This document shows positions 1 to 15,000 of a stretch of 64,000 nucleotides of DNA, piece after piece. The stretch is from NCBI GenBank assembly GCA_001643675.2, contig LSRY02000047.1:248001-312000 (forward strand), read 5' to 3'. A model generated the notes under the pieces. The model did not search any database. It saw nothing but the letters and a program-made list of their open reading frames with translations, and was not told where the DNA came from. The position numbers were made by a program, and so were the translations under genes. The DNA comes from Monocercomonoides exilis PA203. Taxonomy: Eukaryota; Protista; Preaxostyla. Within the stretch, counting starts at the first letter, position 1. Every line of letters begins with the position of its first letter.

Positions 1-3000
1 TTTTAGCGTATTTTTAATTGAAGAAGAAGAAGTTGCTCTTTTTCCTTTGATTTTCTGTTTAAGCGCATCAAATGAATTGGAAGTCCAGACATTGCAGTTG
101 TTCAGTGCTTTTTTAATATCTGAAGCAGTTATCAAAGAATCGCTTAATATTTCTTCTTCTTTTCCTTCTTCTTTTCCTTCTGTTTTCTCTTCTCCTTCTC
201 CTTCCTCTTCTTTCTCTTTCTCTTCTTCTTCTTTTTCTTCTTCCTCTTCTTCTTCACACTCCTCATCAAACACCAGAAACTTGTCCATATCCACATGTAT
301 CTCGTTATTCGCTGCTTTCTTCAATGGCATCAGCGATCCAAACATTTCTTCAAATTTTGGCAAAGAATCAAGATAAACCTCAGATTTTGCTGAATTTCTT
401 TCGAAAAACGGATCTTTTTGTGGATTTAATTGGTTTTCTGAAATGTCAGGCGCAAGTTTAACCTCAGGTTTTTCATCAGAAATTGCTAATTTTTCTGTTT
501 CTTGGTTTAAATTGAGTTTCTCTTTTTCTTCTTTTTCTTTTTCTTCTTCTTTTTCCTCTGTTTTTTCTTCTCTTTCTTCTTCTTCTCCTTCTTTCTCTCC
601 ATCCCACCCCATCAACCCTCCCCTTCTCCTCTTTTCCCCCTCAAACCTCTCTCTTCTCCTTCTCTTCATCACAAACGAAGCAAAACCTCTGGTTGCCATT
701 TCAACCAGCACTTCATCATACAAAGAAGCGCTTTCGGCAAAGAACGTGGTCAGAGAAGGAGGGTAAAGAGAGCGATAGACTGAGTCCAGAAGGACGGGGA
801 CTTCCGGATTGGAGGAAGAGGAGGAAGGGGAAGAGGAAGAAGAAGAGAAGGAAGATGACGAAGCCGATGAAGTTGATGAAGCTGATGTAATGTCGGTGGA
901 AAAGGAAGAAGAGGAAGAAGAAGATGATAATTTTGAGTTCTTTTCATCAACATAATGCTCTTCTGGACAATAAGAGCTTTGCATAATTGGATCAAATGAA
1001 CCAATTTCTTTGAAGCAGCGCTTTATACTTAATTTTCTCTGCTTCCCATCAGAATCTATAAGATTTTCATCATTGTCATCATCTTCTTCTCTATCTCTTT
1101 CCATATGTTCTCCCACTCTTTTCGTCAGCCCAAACGCATCTTCTCTTCTTGTTCTGCTGACAGCATCACGAATAATCGCGCCAAATCCATCTGGAGTGGC
1201 AAAATTGACTGGCTTTGGGTCATTTATGCGAGATAGGAGATGGAGAAGAGGATGATAGCTGAAGCAGGATATAACTGTGGAAGAAGAAGAAGAATAAGGA
1301 GAAGAGGAGGAGAAGGAGGTTGATTCATTAATGTGATTATCATAATCACAATTATCTGCATTTACAGATAACTGTACAGAATTTTCTTCAGAACTATTCA
1401 ATTTCTCCTTCTCTTTCTCTTTCTCTTCACATCCCTTCTTCTTCTTCTTCTCCTCCTTTTCCTCCTCCTCCTTCTTCTTTTTCATTGTCATCACAGCCAC
1501 AGGCGATGGAAATCTTGCAATGTCTTCGCAAACACACAGCATCGAAACAATCTGCTCGTGTGTCGTTCTTTGCAGCACCCCCAGCGCAATCACACTGCAA
1601 ACCTGGAAAAGCTCATTGGTATCTCTGGAGGAGAATGAGTGGAGGGGAGAGGAAGAAGAAGAAGAGGAGGAGGAGGAGGAGGATGAAATAGAAGAAGAAA
1701 CAGAAGAAGAAACAGAAGAAGAAACAGAAGAAGAAGAAATAACAGAAGTTAAAGCATTCCTCCTTTCACTTCCTTCAGATATGCCACATTTCGTATGCTC
1801 CAACACAGAATAATCAAGAAGCTTGTCATGAAACGTATCAGAAGGCAGTGCTTTTGACATCAATGCAGCTGTTTGTGCCAAGCAGAGGAGGAGGCAGTGA
1901 TGAGAAGAAAGAAGGAAAGAGGCGAGGGGATATGGAAGCATCGAACCAGATGAAAGGAAGGTGTTAATAGAAGAAGATGAAGAATACGAAGAAGAAGGCG
2001 TATCATCAGCCATTGAAAAACAGGATGAGTCGATTGAAGACAAAAGCGGCTGCAGCGACGCAATCACTGTGAACAGCTCATCGACAAAGGAAGACAAAAA
2101 TGGAAGAGATTTTGGTGTGCAACTGAAATTCTCTTTCGATTTTTCTTTATTGTTTGCGCAAGTTGCATTAGAAAGAGAAGAATTAGAAGCATAAATCGAA
2201 TGTGAAAGCGTCAGAAGAAGAGAAGAAAGAATGTTTATTCCTTTTATCTTCTGCATCAAAACAGCTGTGTTCCTGTGAAACATCACCGTTTGCAGCAGAA
2301 TTGAGTCGGTTGGGCGGAATATCGCATTGATCACACGGGAAATAGGCTCTGACTGTTCAGACGAGTGTGAATGAGAGGGCGTTGTGAGACAAATGGAAGA
2401 AGAGATAGAAGAAAGAGAAGAAGAAGAAGAAGAAGAAGAAGAAGAAGAAGAGACAGATGAATTGCGCTTTGCTTCTTCACAGTAAGATGAAGAGTTCACT
2501 TCTTCCTTCTCTTCTTTTGTAACATTTGCAATCCCCTTGACAAAATTGCTCATGTTATTCTGCTTCATCCAATACTCCTTCCTCTCCTCCGCCTCCTTTG
2601 CCAGCTGCTCTTTCAGTTTGTATGTCACAATGCTATCCAAATCCATCTTCTTCAGTGTGTTCAGCGTATCAACAAAGGAAGTATGCGATGCACACTCCAT
2701 CTCTTTCCACTCACTGAAAAGAAGGAAGCAGCAGATGGTTTGCGCAACAAATAGAGAATTGTCATTGGATTTTGATTTGTTTGGCTTCTTTTCTGTTTTT
2801 TCAACTTTGAGTTTTCCTTCTTCTTTTTCTTCTTCCTTGTTTTCCTTCTCCTTTCCTTCCGTTTCTGTTTCTTCTTCTTCTCTCATTGCTTCTTTGTCCT
2901 TATTCTCCATCTCATCCACCATCTTCTCTCTCTCCTTCACCTGCCCACTCAAGCTCCTCACTTCCTGCACCACCCAACTCAGCAGATTCGCAAAGATCCG

Positions 3001-5767
3001 TCCCAACTCTTCATATCGTGTCAGAACATCCCTCATATTCAACGTAGCATTCGCCATATCTCCTTCTAAATGATTTCCTTCTTTCTTCACTTGCTCCTCC
3101 GCTGGCAGTGTCGTGACAACTGGTAGAAGCTTCGTGTATCTCAATACAACTGCATATGCATGCCTCACAAGCGATGCCTGAGAACAGCTGCTTGCTTCGT
3201 CTTTCAGAGCGCTATCATCATCTTCACCTTCTTCGCTCAACATCTCCTTTTGCTTCTCTTTCTCTTTTTCTCTCTCTTTCTCTCTCATCTCTCTGTACTC
3301 TGCATTCACTGCGCACATCCACTCATCAAACGATGCTGCCCTCACAAGAAACGGATAGAATAACCGAAGTCCTGGTGAAAGCTTATGCGCATCCAAAGAA
3401 GAAAGATTGAAAGAAGCAGAAAGAGAGAAAGGAATGGAAATATTCGCCTGGCGAGAGAAGGAGCTGTTGAACAGCTGGTTGTGGAGAAAGAATGAGAAGA
3501 ACAGAAACGCTGAGTGGTTGAAGGCTTTTTCATCAACATATCGGGCGCGGTTGTAGAAGCACATGGGAAGAAGAGAAGAAGAATTGGAAGAAGAAGAAGA
3601 AGGGGAGAAAGAAGAAGAAGCAGAAATAGATGAATCCTTCAGCATTGTGTTATGCTCCAGTGAAGAAGGAGCATTCATCATCTGAGCCATTTCAAAGAAG
3701 TTCCTATACGGAAGCAGAGGAGAAGGCAGCGGTGAACGGCAGGCTAATGAAGAGAAAGGGGAAAGAGGGATTTTTGTGTTTTTCCCACTGCGTTTGGGGA
3801 GAGGGGTGCCAATGAGCTTCACAAGAACGCTGAAGAAGCTGCGGTTGACGAGATGCAGATACGAAAGAAGAGAACGTGCAGAGACAGATGTGGTTGAAGA
3901 AGAAGATGAGGAGGAGGAAGAAGAAGAAAAAATAGAAGAAGATAAAGATGTTGTTGTTGTTGTTGTTAAAGCATCAAGTGTTAATTTCTTCATTCCATTG
4001 CTGTGCTGCTCAATCACTTTGATGAATTCTGACTGAATACACTCCACTTTGATTGGACATTCAACTTGCTTTTCTGCTTCATTGGCACATTTCACAGCAA
4101 TTTTTGTACCTTTTTGAGTCTTTTTATTATCTGCGGGTATTTCTTTACTGGCATCTGTGCTGATTGCACTTTCTGTTTTTATTTCCTTTTCTCCCTCTTT
4201 TCCTTCCCCTGTCTCTGTAGAGCATTCATCAGCTTTCTCCTCTTTCTCCTCTTTCTCTCCCTTCTCTCCCTTCTCTTCTTTCTCTCCTTTTCCTTCTTCT
4301 TTTCCTTCTTCTCTTTCTCCTTCTTCCTCTTTTTCCTTTTCCTTTGAAGCTGCCCCAACATCCCATCCATCCTCGCTGCTCACAAACCCTCCGCTCTTTT
4401 CAATGGCGCTGATAATCTCCTCATCTCCTATTTCAGTCAGAAGCCTTCCTTCGTCCCTGTTCGCTTCGTCGTTTTCTTCTTCTTCTCGAATCGCTCCTTC
4501 GTCAAACAGAATCGGAATCAACGACATCTTCCACCCTTCTTCCTCTTTCGCACCTACACCCTTCTGCTCCACAAGCACAGCGTTTCCCCGAAGAAGCAGG
4601 GGAGACGCGAGATAAAGAGAAAGCGTGTTGGAGTCGATGGTCTCATGGGCAACAGGGCAGAATTGGAAGGAGGACGGAGAATTTGGCACAGGAAACTGGG
4701 AAGAGGAGGGAAATGCCCTCTCAACAGAAGATGGAGCGGAATGTGAATTATCATCCTCCGAGCAGCTGTTGCCTTTGGACTTTTCTTGATCTTGGCCTTG
4801 CGCTTGCCCTTTCCCTTGCCTTCCGTCGTCGCTGTTGATGTCTTTTGTCATATAGAATGAGTAGATGTCTATGGGCGCAGAGTTAATAACGCTCTTCTTG
4901 TCAACTTTTATCATTATTATATCGCATCCGCTAAATGTGAATAACCGAGAAAAGCACGGCTTTATTTCACCTGCCTTGTTTGAGTGAAGCAATATTGCCT
5001 GAGTAATCATCAAACTGGAGTTAATGCTTCTCTCCGTAATTTTGTCATCCAAATAAAATATATCTTTTGTCAGTGAACAAACAATAGAAGATATAACGGA
5101 TAAATATTTTTCCAAATCCCTATTTTGATTTCTAATATTCAGTATATTTTTCATGAGATTTGTTGACTTTGAATCTTCTAATTTCTGACATTCAGCTATC
5201 GAGTTTCTAATAATTGACTTGTTTATTTGATTCTCGATTTTTTTATAAACATCAATGAAGTTATTCAAAAATGAAAGAAATTTTCGGTTCTTAAAGCAAT
5301 AAAATTACAAAAAAAATTTTTTTAAAAAAATTCTAAATTCTAGAAATAAATTGATATTTAAAACAAACCACAATGATTTGCTTTGAATTTTGCTCGTGAA
5401 TATGAAATTTGATTAATTGTTGAAATCTCATCATAAGATAATGATGAAAATCATTTTGTTTTTTCTGCTGTTTGGTTTCAATGAATCTGTCCATTTTTCG
5501 AATGACACGTCGATAAAGTTGAGGGTAATAATAAGGCTCTGAATGAGATGTGAAATACAACGATGAAGTGGCTGACGGCTTACTACTTTTAAATTCCGGA
5601 ACGGTGGGGAAAAAATATTGTAATAAAGTTCCATCAAAAGGAGAAACGTTTACGACTTGCCTTGCCTCGCTTGCGGGCGTATCGTTTTCAATACGTATAA
5701 CAGATGTCACATTAGCAATATATGGATTTGTGTAATCATTGACGCATTGCAAAGTGTATGATGACAT
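1..5767 (-). CDS. Large hypothetical low-complexity protein (Ser/Glu/Lys-rich), 3' end runs off the window
   Basis: Exon 1 5767-5369 (ORF MSSYTLQCV...KQIIV). Phase-0 GTTTGT..TTTAAG intron 5368-5290. The same minus frame reads open wherever spot-checked from 5289 (NRKFLSFLNNF...SFYMTKDINSDDGR...) to position 1; it is probably absent from the ORF track because its stop lies outside the window. No recognisable domain. Confidence 0.75.
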
Positions 5768-6324
5768 CTCTATTCAGCAAAAACACGCAATTGATTTTTC
5801 TCACATACCCATACCAAAAATTTTTTGCCAATACAATGATTTCCTTCAAAAGAGTAACAGCTCGACAGATGAATAGCAAGAAAAATTATTATGTCAATGA
5901 GGCTTATTTTCTGAAACTGATGTTAAGTTTAGCTGTGATTTTCATTAAAGAATTTTAAGAACCATTTTCAAAAAAAAAAATGATTCTGTAATTCTTTTTC
6001 CTTTTTTGATTTTCCTGCTTTATTTTTGTTATTGCTATGTTCCATTTTGAAGCATTGAAAAATTGCCTTCTATGAACAACAACGTTATTAGTTGTTGAAT
6101 TGTGAAATGGCAAAATTGAAAAATAATTGTTATTTTAAAGTTTCAAAATTCAATACATGTCATTTCCTCAAACATTTACAGAATAACCTGATAAATTACA
6201 GAATATACTGAAAAAAAATTTTTTATTTTGAAAATGAAATATGTTCAAAGTTTAGAAGAAACATTAATCAAAGGAAAAAAAAAATATATCATTTGCTTGC
6301 AATTAAAAAAAACTAATCATTTTC

Positions 6325-7744
6325 TCATGAATTTACAAAATAATCAGAGATATCAAACGGTAACCCATTAAAATTGTTTTCGTCAAGAAACTTAAACACT
6401 TCAAGAAAGCTTATGACGATATCTTCGTATCCTTCTTCTTCTAACTTTTCGAACATCTCCATTTTCGTAACCTTTCTTTTCGCTTCTTCCATTCCATCAC
6501 CCCCCTTTCCTTTCAACCTGCTTGAAATAGATTCAAAAACTCCCCAAAACACAAACTCCATTTCGTCATTTATTGTTGGCTGCTGAATCTCCTCCAAAGA
6601 AATATCGACGACTCCACTTGTCAGCAAGTCATCAACTTTCATTGTTCTTTTTGATGCAGCGTGTTCAATGGAATTAAGGCACCAGAAACTAATTTCTTTA
6701 TTTTTATCTTTTGATGCTTGAAAAACACTCATAATGCTACCAATAAGCCCAACATATTCTTCATTTGGCACGAAGCATACGCTCAAGAAATGCTCCAATG
6801 TTAGCAACCATCTCAATAAAGCATGTTCTTCTTCCCATTTTCCCTCTCTTTTATCTCCTTTTCTCTTCCAATCAACACATCTTGTCAGCTCATCCAGTTT
6901 TCTTGATGCCTCTCTTATAAAATGCAGCTCATTTACAATTACATCTTCCAAACTTATATCTTTGAAAAATCTATCTATTAAAAACTTCATAGTTGATTGA
7001 TAAGTAAGTTGTGTAAGATTGTGATGCTCCTGATGATACTTGATGTTCTCTTTGATTTCATCCAAAAACAATTCTTTATCCATTTTCTTATCAAAAAATT
7101 AGAAAAATACATAATATCAAAATGGAAATGGAAATGTTCAAACACAAAATTGAGAATTACTCAAAGCAAGCAAAGCCATTTCCACTTCTATTTGAGTCTC
7201 TTTATTTCCCTCTTTCTTCGAGGCAACTTTCAAAAGACAAGGTACACAAATTGAAATTAGCTTCGATGAAAATATGCCGTCAAACGAAAGATTGCATTCG
7301 CAGAGATCTATCAGAAGCTTTTTATTTTTTTCTTCTTCATTTTTCTTATCTTCTTCAATTATCATCTTCTCAAATCTATTTCCCAATGAAGAATTTCTAA
7401 ATCCACAAACACTCATGGATTTCAATGCATTCCAAAATCCAACATGTTTCAGCAACAGAAAAGCATTCTCCAAAGTCAGTTTCTTTTCTTCAATCATCTT
7501 GTGAATTTCATCTAACAGTTCTTTTGTGATAACAGATTCGAATTCTTCTCTATCCATTCCTTCAATAGCTTTGTTCATTTCAATAATTTTTTGTTTCTGC
7601 TCATCATCATTGCAATTTTCAAGCTCAGAAAACAACTCTTCAATAAAAAAAGGAGAGAAAGAAATGCAGTTATCAAGAATTTAAGCACAACATCAATTGC
7701 AAACTTGTGAATGCGGATTGTTCATTCTTCGCCCCCGTTTTCAT
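6325..7744 (-). CDS. Member of a lineage-specific multicopy alpha-helical hypothetical family, 3 exons
   Basis: ATG 7744 (MKTGAKNEQSAFTK). Intron 7704-7638 (GT..AG, phase 1). Exon LFSELENCNDDEQKQKI...LLALSNSQFC. 57-nt intron 7143-7087 (GTTTGA..CTAAT..TAAG, phase 0). Last exon KMDKELFLDEIKENIKYHQEHHNLT...DYFVNS*. This joins ORFs 7138-7635 and 6325-7083. Motifs recalled from a large Monocercomonoides family. Confidence 0.8.
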
Positions 7745-8758
7745 TTGAACATTGCAACCAGAAAGCAACACCATTTTGCCATTTAAATCAAAAAAGCACA
7801 CGTTTGGATTAAGGAAATAGAAAAAAAATAAACTCTTGAGATCGCCCTATAAATTTGTGCATTCACACTACTCTTTCTTTTGCTGACATTTTGGCAAAGG
7901 GCTTAGGAGAGAAACAACGCTTTGTCTTTTTTCTTTATTTGTAATGGAATCAATGATCGAATATTTATCTTTGAACAGTAATGACAATTGGCGAGATGAG
8001 GGTGCAAGGAGTGAAGTTGTCCATCAGAATTGGTAATATTATTTCCTGTTTAAACAGCAGTCAATGATGGAGATGCATTGACTTTGAACTTTTTCCTGAT
8101 GATTTTTGGGAATTGGATGGCGGACGAAATGCAACAATTTCGTTTTTTATGCAAATCACCATATTTCTGGGCTTTGGAAAGCTTGCAGTTGAAAAATTTT
8201 TTCATTACAAATAAAATGACAATAATAAATGGTTACATAAGATCAATTTGTCAGATGGAAAATGTCGATTTGATTGTCTAGAGCATCTGGAATGTGCATT
8301 GCAAGTCGTTGGGAAATGTTCTGGGGAAAAGACACTTGGCGAATGGGATCTCTTTGAACACAAGCTATATGCTGACAATGAACATGAACAGTCACCTCTG
8401 AAGGGAAAGGCGCTGAATGGGTTGTTGCAAGCAGGAGCCACAACAGAAAGAGTATTTCGCAATGGGCATGACAGAAACTTGACACAATAATAATAATTTT
8501 TATTATTATTAAAAAAATTAAAAATTATAAAAATAATAATAAAAATAAAAACAACAAATACTTTCGATGTTTCTGTTAAAGCTTGGTATTTGAAAATGCG
8601 AATGCCTTTCATTTATTCATAAAAATATTCTTGTTGGCTCAAAAAGCGAGATAAAAAATCTTTCAGCTTTGAAAACATTAAATATGTCTATGATCAGTTT
8701 TTATCAAATCATAAATAAATGAACATGTTTGGTTTTGTTTTATTGCTTGTTTTTAAGG

Positions 8759-11415
8759 ATGAAATTGCGCAGATCCAAACTGTACGACAAGGTGGGAAAC
8801 TTACTCAGAGAGTGCAAATCTAAGCATTTATTAATCGATTGCTTTTTGGTGGGAAGCAGAGAATTTGAGAGTATGTTCGTTGTGTTAGTTGTTAATTATA
8901 ACATGCTTTTTGCTTTTAGCGATTGAGTGGCTTGGAGATTCGGTTCTTGAGGAATTGTTTGCAAACTTTTGTTTGATATATCTTTAAGGCTTCATAGAAT
9001 CACAAAAAAGATTATAATGAAGCATTTCAATTTTGATGGAGAGCTTTTAAGGTTTTTGCGCGTTTGCTGCGTGCAGAATGGGCATTTCAGAGAAATTTTT
9101 GAGAATCTGAAAATCAGATTAACAATTCTGACTCCGCAAGAAAGATTGTCCTTTGACAAATGCTTCCAAGGCACAGACAACGAACTCAAGCAGCAAAAGC
9201 TGTCAGCAGATGTTATCGAAGCAATTGGAGGAGAGCTGTACAAAAAAAGGCAAGAAGGTGATTCAAATCTTTTGAGAGAGACAATGGACAATTTTGTTGA
9301 GTTGATTTATCAGTCTGGCTATAATTTTGTATGTGGTGATAATATTATTTTATTTTGTTTTTGTTTTTTATTTGTGCTTTTTTTCAAATATTTTTTTAAT
9401 AAATAAATATTTTTTCACTTATTATGTGCTGATAGATGAGAAGAAAACTGATGTCAATTTTCGCAAAAAACAGATTTGAAACATCTCCAAATTTGGTCAC
9501 CCCGCACACGTTTTTGAAAACAAAAACAAACAAATTCGATTCGCCACAGCTTCTGATTCAGCATTCTTTGCTCACTGCAATTGGCCAATGGAAGAATTGC
9601 GATCTTAAATCAAGAGCGGAGGGGGTATTAATGAAAGGCAAGGAAGCAAGGGTTAAAGATACTCGCAACATTGAAAAGAAGACCAGGAATGCAAGCCAGA
9701 TGTTTGAAAACGAAGAATCATTAAGGAAAAAAGTGATCACGAGAAAAGTGATGGCATCGTTGCATCGGAAGCCTCTCACATCGACTCAAGCAGTTTTGTC
9801 TGTTCTGAACAGCAGAGGTGGCGCTTCAGGCAAAATGCATTCGTTTTTTTCTCCTCCGCCAATGATGCGATCACATCAAGAGAAAAGTGGCGCTTCACCA
9901 AGCACTTATCGATTTGGTTTTCCGCCTGCAAATTCTGGGTCTTCATTTTCGTCAATTCGTGCTATTTCTCCTGCCACGCGACTGCCTTCGTGTGCTGTGT
10001 TTCTCCGTCGGTCGCTTTCTCCTTCGAGTGTCGACATATCCTTCAGTTTTGCAGATAAAACTGCTCGCAACACGATTTTAGGAAAGCTTTCAAATGAGCA
10101 GCATCTGAGAACAAGTTCTGAATTTGAGTCTCGTTCGCTTTCAGCAGGCAGAGCTCGACCGCTTTCTGGCAATCTTTGCTCGTTCTCTCCATTTCCTGTG
10201 CCTGGAGAGCATCTGAGAGATCGAATGCCGTCTGGCCTTTGTGAAGAGCAAGCCAAATCTTCGACAAACAACTGGGGAAGAGCTCCGATTGAATGGAACG
10301 AAAAAAGGCGTCTTCAATCGATCCCATCATTTCCAGCAGCCACAACGCCTCATTCGCATCCTGCACAATTCCATCTGCAAGCATCAATGCCAGCATCATC
10401 TTCCTCTTCAGCTGGATGGGGATATCATACGGCACATCCGATAGGCTCTGAGAACAGGCTGTCAAACAATGCTTGGAGTGAAAAGAGCATCTCGTCAAAC
10501 GAGCAAAGACGGGCGAAAAGGAGCATCAGCACACTTGGGGTGAGGCAGTCTGCACCGTTCTCTCTTTTTGACAGCAACAGAAGGTGGGAGGAGCAAAGAG
10601 ATCCAAATGAAATGCCTTCTTCTTCTTCTTCTTCTTCTTCTTCTGATTCGAATTCGGGCATTGCAGATAAAGGGAGCTTGGGAGCTGCAAAGAAGCCTGA
10701 GCCATCGTTTTCAGGGGATGCAAGCACGTTTTTTTGGAGAGCTCGCAAAGAGAGCGGGAAGGAGCAGAGCGATTTGGAGAGCGATCTGCTGGGGAAGTTT
10801 GGGAAATGGAGAGAAGGAGCCTCTCTGTCGCCTTCTTCGTGCACTCCGCCTGGATCGCCATCAGCAGCACAGCCACACACATTCAGTGCAGCAAGTGTTC
10901 CTTCGAAAGAAATGGCAGATGACAGAGGTGAAGAGAGCAGCAGATTTGCAGGGGATGAGTTTGATGCTTCTGCTCATTCAACGCTTCCGCGAGCACAGGC
11001 AGAGTCAGGAAGCAAAGGGGATGCAAAGCGAGATCCTCGAGAGATAGCTGCAAAACAGACACAGACAATGTTATTTGCTCAGAATTCTTCAGGTGGATTG
11101 AAAGATGAATCTGTGACAAATCGACAGGAAAGGGGTTCGCTGGAAGATTGCACACATTCTCCTTTGGGCAGCAGGTCAAGTGGTTTGTGGCAGAATGGAA
11201 GTGGGATGAAAGGAAATCAGACCAGCAAAACCAGCAAGATTCATCAGAATGAAGAGCAGCGCAACTCTTTTTGGAAGTCCAAGGCAGACTCGAAATTGGT
11301 TCTTGTTGATTATTTCCACGGCTTCCAACGAGCAAAAGTATTTCTGGCCAAAACAAAGAAGCAGCGAAGAAAAGCCAAAGACTTTGCAAAGTCGTTGAGA
11401 AGAGAAGTGCCATGA
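8759..11415 (+). CDS. Hypothetical Ser/Pro-rich protein, multi-exon, possibly frameshifted or decaying
   Basis: ORFs 8729-8926, 8969-9406 and the 659-aa ORF 9436-11415 are separated by intron-like AT-rich GT..AG segments. The first junction does not join cleanly in frame, and coding-like sequence continues in other frames to ~11640. Confidence 0.5.
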
Positions 11416-12007
11416 AAGGGGGAAAAAAGGAATTCATAAGGAAAAAATGGAAGAAACCAATGAATGACATCGCTGTTTGGCAAAGAATTCTCACGTATTT
11501 GGAGATTCAATCAGAAAAAGAAGCGATGAAAAATCAACCAAAGTATTTTATAAGATGATTGTGCAAAACCTCTGGAGATGGCATTTGAGATTGGCGAAGA
11601 AGATTTGACAGAGCTTTCCTTTCAAAATGCAGAGATATAAAAGAAATGCCGGAATATATTGATATTCTTATCATTATTGGAATGAATAATTGTTTGCTTC
11701 CTTTTTTTTTTATGATTTATTTGACATCTTTTAAAATCGCTTCATTTTATTCTGATATTTTTGCTTTGAAGAACTTTGAAATTGAAAAAAATGAAAAGTT
11801 GAAGAATTATAATTAGTACACTTATTTTTGGAAAGATTTCGCTTGGACGTAGAATGAAATTTTTAAATCTTCATTTTTCGATTTTTATAACATTGAAATA
11901 AGAAATTTTCCTTTTAAAGCTCAACTGAATGTATAATTAATGCTTTCAAATGTTGATCAGACCCGTTTCAGTTTTTCAGCTGAAGAATTTTGATTTTGAA
12001 AGTTCGC

Positions 12008-15000
12008 ATGAGATGGTTATTCTTTGTGCTGTATCTGGTGCAATCTTATTGCATCGCGCAGCAACACTCCCTTCAGTTGAATGAGCAGCTGAGCTCGCCT
12101 GGATTATTGGAGCAAATCAATCACCACAATTCACTCTATTCAAGTGGAAACTTTTGCAATAATGAGCGCAACTCATTTTTATTGCGTATCAAGAGTTCTG
12201 ATTGGAGCGAGATGAAAGCAAGCGTTAAATTGAGGAATGCATCACTGGAAGTGAGAAAAGGGGGTTTCACTCCAAAAGAACAAGAACATGTTGTGCATCT
12301 GGAAGGAAAGTCTTTGCTTGTGCTGAATGACTGCAAAATCACTTTTTGTGGACACTCACAGAAAAGCCTGATTTCCCATCTTGGTGGGAACATCCATTTG
12401 CGCAACATATCGTTTTGCTTCGCTGATTGTCACGCAATTTCAGTTCAACCAGTTGTCTGGTCGCAGAAGGATCATTCGTCGGCTGTGGGTGACGGGAATC
12501 TGATTGTTGAGAATTCTGCTTTTTCGTGTTTTGAACTGAAACAAGGGCCATTTTTGCACTCAGAAAGCATCTCTTCTGTTTTGCTCGCACAAACACTCTT
12601 CTTCAACATCTCCACTGCAGTAACAAACAGACAATCAAATATTTGCACAGAAAATGCCTTCACATCGACACTGAGCAACTGTGTATTTTGCAATGTGGAT
12701 GATGCGATCTATGGGGGAATTGTTGCTTCCATGAACAGCCAACAAGCACAGCTCTTCACAACCAACTGCTCATTTGTGCGATGTTTCCATTCTTCGAATG
12801 CCCGCAATGCATCGACTCATATTGACATTTCGAGTTCAATCTCTTTCATCTCAACTGATTTTGAGAATTGCTCAGGGGTGAAAGGAGGGGCTATAACAGC
12901 AGACGACCGCCCATCACTTGCTCTTTGTATTGTTGACTGCGCATTCAAGAAATGCACAGCATCATCCAGAGCTGGAGCAATATTCGTCAACAATGCTATG
13001 TGTGCGCACATCAAACAATCAAATTTCTCTGGAAATTCAGCTCCGACGAGAGGAACAACTGAGTTTTTGAATGTCTCGACCGGATTCTATATTGGAGATT
13101 GCCATTTTGAATTTGGGAAAACAACAAGTGGAAATCATGCGTTTATTGTAACAACATATATTGGGGCAACAAGCTGTGAATGTGTCTGCCCGAATGAGCC
13201 CTCCAGGCATTGTACAAGCTCTTCAAGCTCTTTTTCATCAGATATCACAAGATTTTCACCAAAGGAAAAAGGAACTGAGTATATCATTCCTCAAAAAAGA
13301 AATGAAGAAGAAGGTAGTCTGGTTGAAAGATGCTCTTTTCAATATGGCTTGGCAGCAGACGTTGGAGGAGCTGGTTCTATTCAGTGTTGCAATAGTCTTT
13401 TTTCAATGAGAGAATGTGACTTTCAGCACAACAGAGCAAAAGGAAGCTTCATCGGATGTTTAGAATTAATTATAAAAAAAGATTCTTTTATTTCGAGAAC
13501 ATGGTTAGCTTTTTGCTATTTTTACAACAATTCTGTTTCTGGAGGACTTGGAAATGATGTTTATTTAAATCACTTTTCAGAATACACTTTGACTTCGGAA
13601 TTGCTTTTCAATTGTTTCACAATAGAGAAATCTGCAAAGAGTGTGAGTAATTCGACACATGATTTTTCTGATTGGATTGGTGAGACTCTGATTGAAAGAT
13701 ATGTGAGCACATCTGGTTCAGACAATAAGAGCATGTGCGGGAAAAGTGAATCTGATGCATGCCTGACAATTGGGTATGCCACCAGTCAATTTGTGCACTG
13801 GATGGACTGCAGCATTCATCTTCTGAGAGGAAGGTTTGAACAAGAGGGAACAACGATTGAGGTGGGAGAGAAGAGGATTGGAATCAGGGGCAAAGGGAGA
13901 GCAGACACAACAATCAGCTCGCAACTTCTTGAGAATGGAAAAGAAGCGCTGTGGTTGGTGAGTGAGGGGCGACTGGCAATGGAAAGTCTGACTTTTGTGA
14001 GGGTGTGTGAAGAGGAGCGACATGAAATGCAGAGAATGGTTGTGTTGAAAACAGCAACTGGAGATGGGAGGATAGATTTGAATGATATGAGGATTGAAGG
14101 GGAAAAGGCAACAGAATCGCTGAGCTTCAGTGCTCCTCTTCTGGAGGCAAAAGGAGGAAAGATGAATCTGAACAACGTGGAATGCACATCAATGCGCTCT
14201 TCAGTTCCTCTTTTGTCTCTTTCAGAGGGAGTGTTGCTGGAGATGAATCTGTGCAACATCTTTGGCATCGAGTCAGTCGGTGACTGTCCGAGTGTTGTTG
14301 ATGGATTGGCGCCAAAGGGGATGATGTTGTGTTCTGAGTGTATTTTTGAAGGATGTTTGGGAAGAATGAGCAAAAAAGGCGGATGCATGAAAATCACTGT
14401 GGATGCTGACAAAGAAGCGATTCTGCTGAATGGCACTTCGTTTGATGGATGTGAAGCATCTACGGAGGTTGATGATGAAACAAAAAGTGGCAGAGGGGGT
14501 GGGATGTATTTGGATGCAACACTCGGATCAGAGATAAGAATGATGGAACTTCAGTTTTCTAGAAACAATGCTTCATGTGGGCGAGACATCTATTTTGTGT
14601 GTGAGGATCTTCGGGTGAGTGTCACTCAGCTGATGTTTCCGTTTTGGAGCTCGATTGAGAACAAAGAGAATTCGCTGTTTGGGAGCGATCACCAGGTGGC
14701 AAGGGGATGTGATGTTGATCTGTTTGTGTTTCTTTCAGGATTTTTGGAGAAAGAGGTGTATATTGGGCAGAGCGGAGAAGATGCAACATATTGTGGCCAT
14801 GTGCTGTATCCATGCAAAACACTGGACGAGGGCATGAAGCATTTGGGCTCTGTTGAGGGAGATGGAAGAATTCTTGTGAAGGAAAATGGAGTGTGTAGAA
14901 AGCAGTTGAATATCTCTGGTGTGTCTGTGAATGGGGTTGGGTCTTCGGAAACAGTTGGAATTGAGTTGCACGAATCACTGAGTGGGAGCGAAAAGGATGT

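Noticed and set aside
47-4615. Many plus-strand Ser/Phe- or Glu-rich ORFs
   Set aside because: Antisense shadows of the long minus-strand gene; (TCT)n/(GAA)n tracts keep alternative frames open.
7981-8490. Short coding-like stretch (MSDGKCRFDCLEH...)
   Set aside because: No consistent gene model or recognisable motif; possibly a gene fragment.
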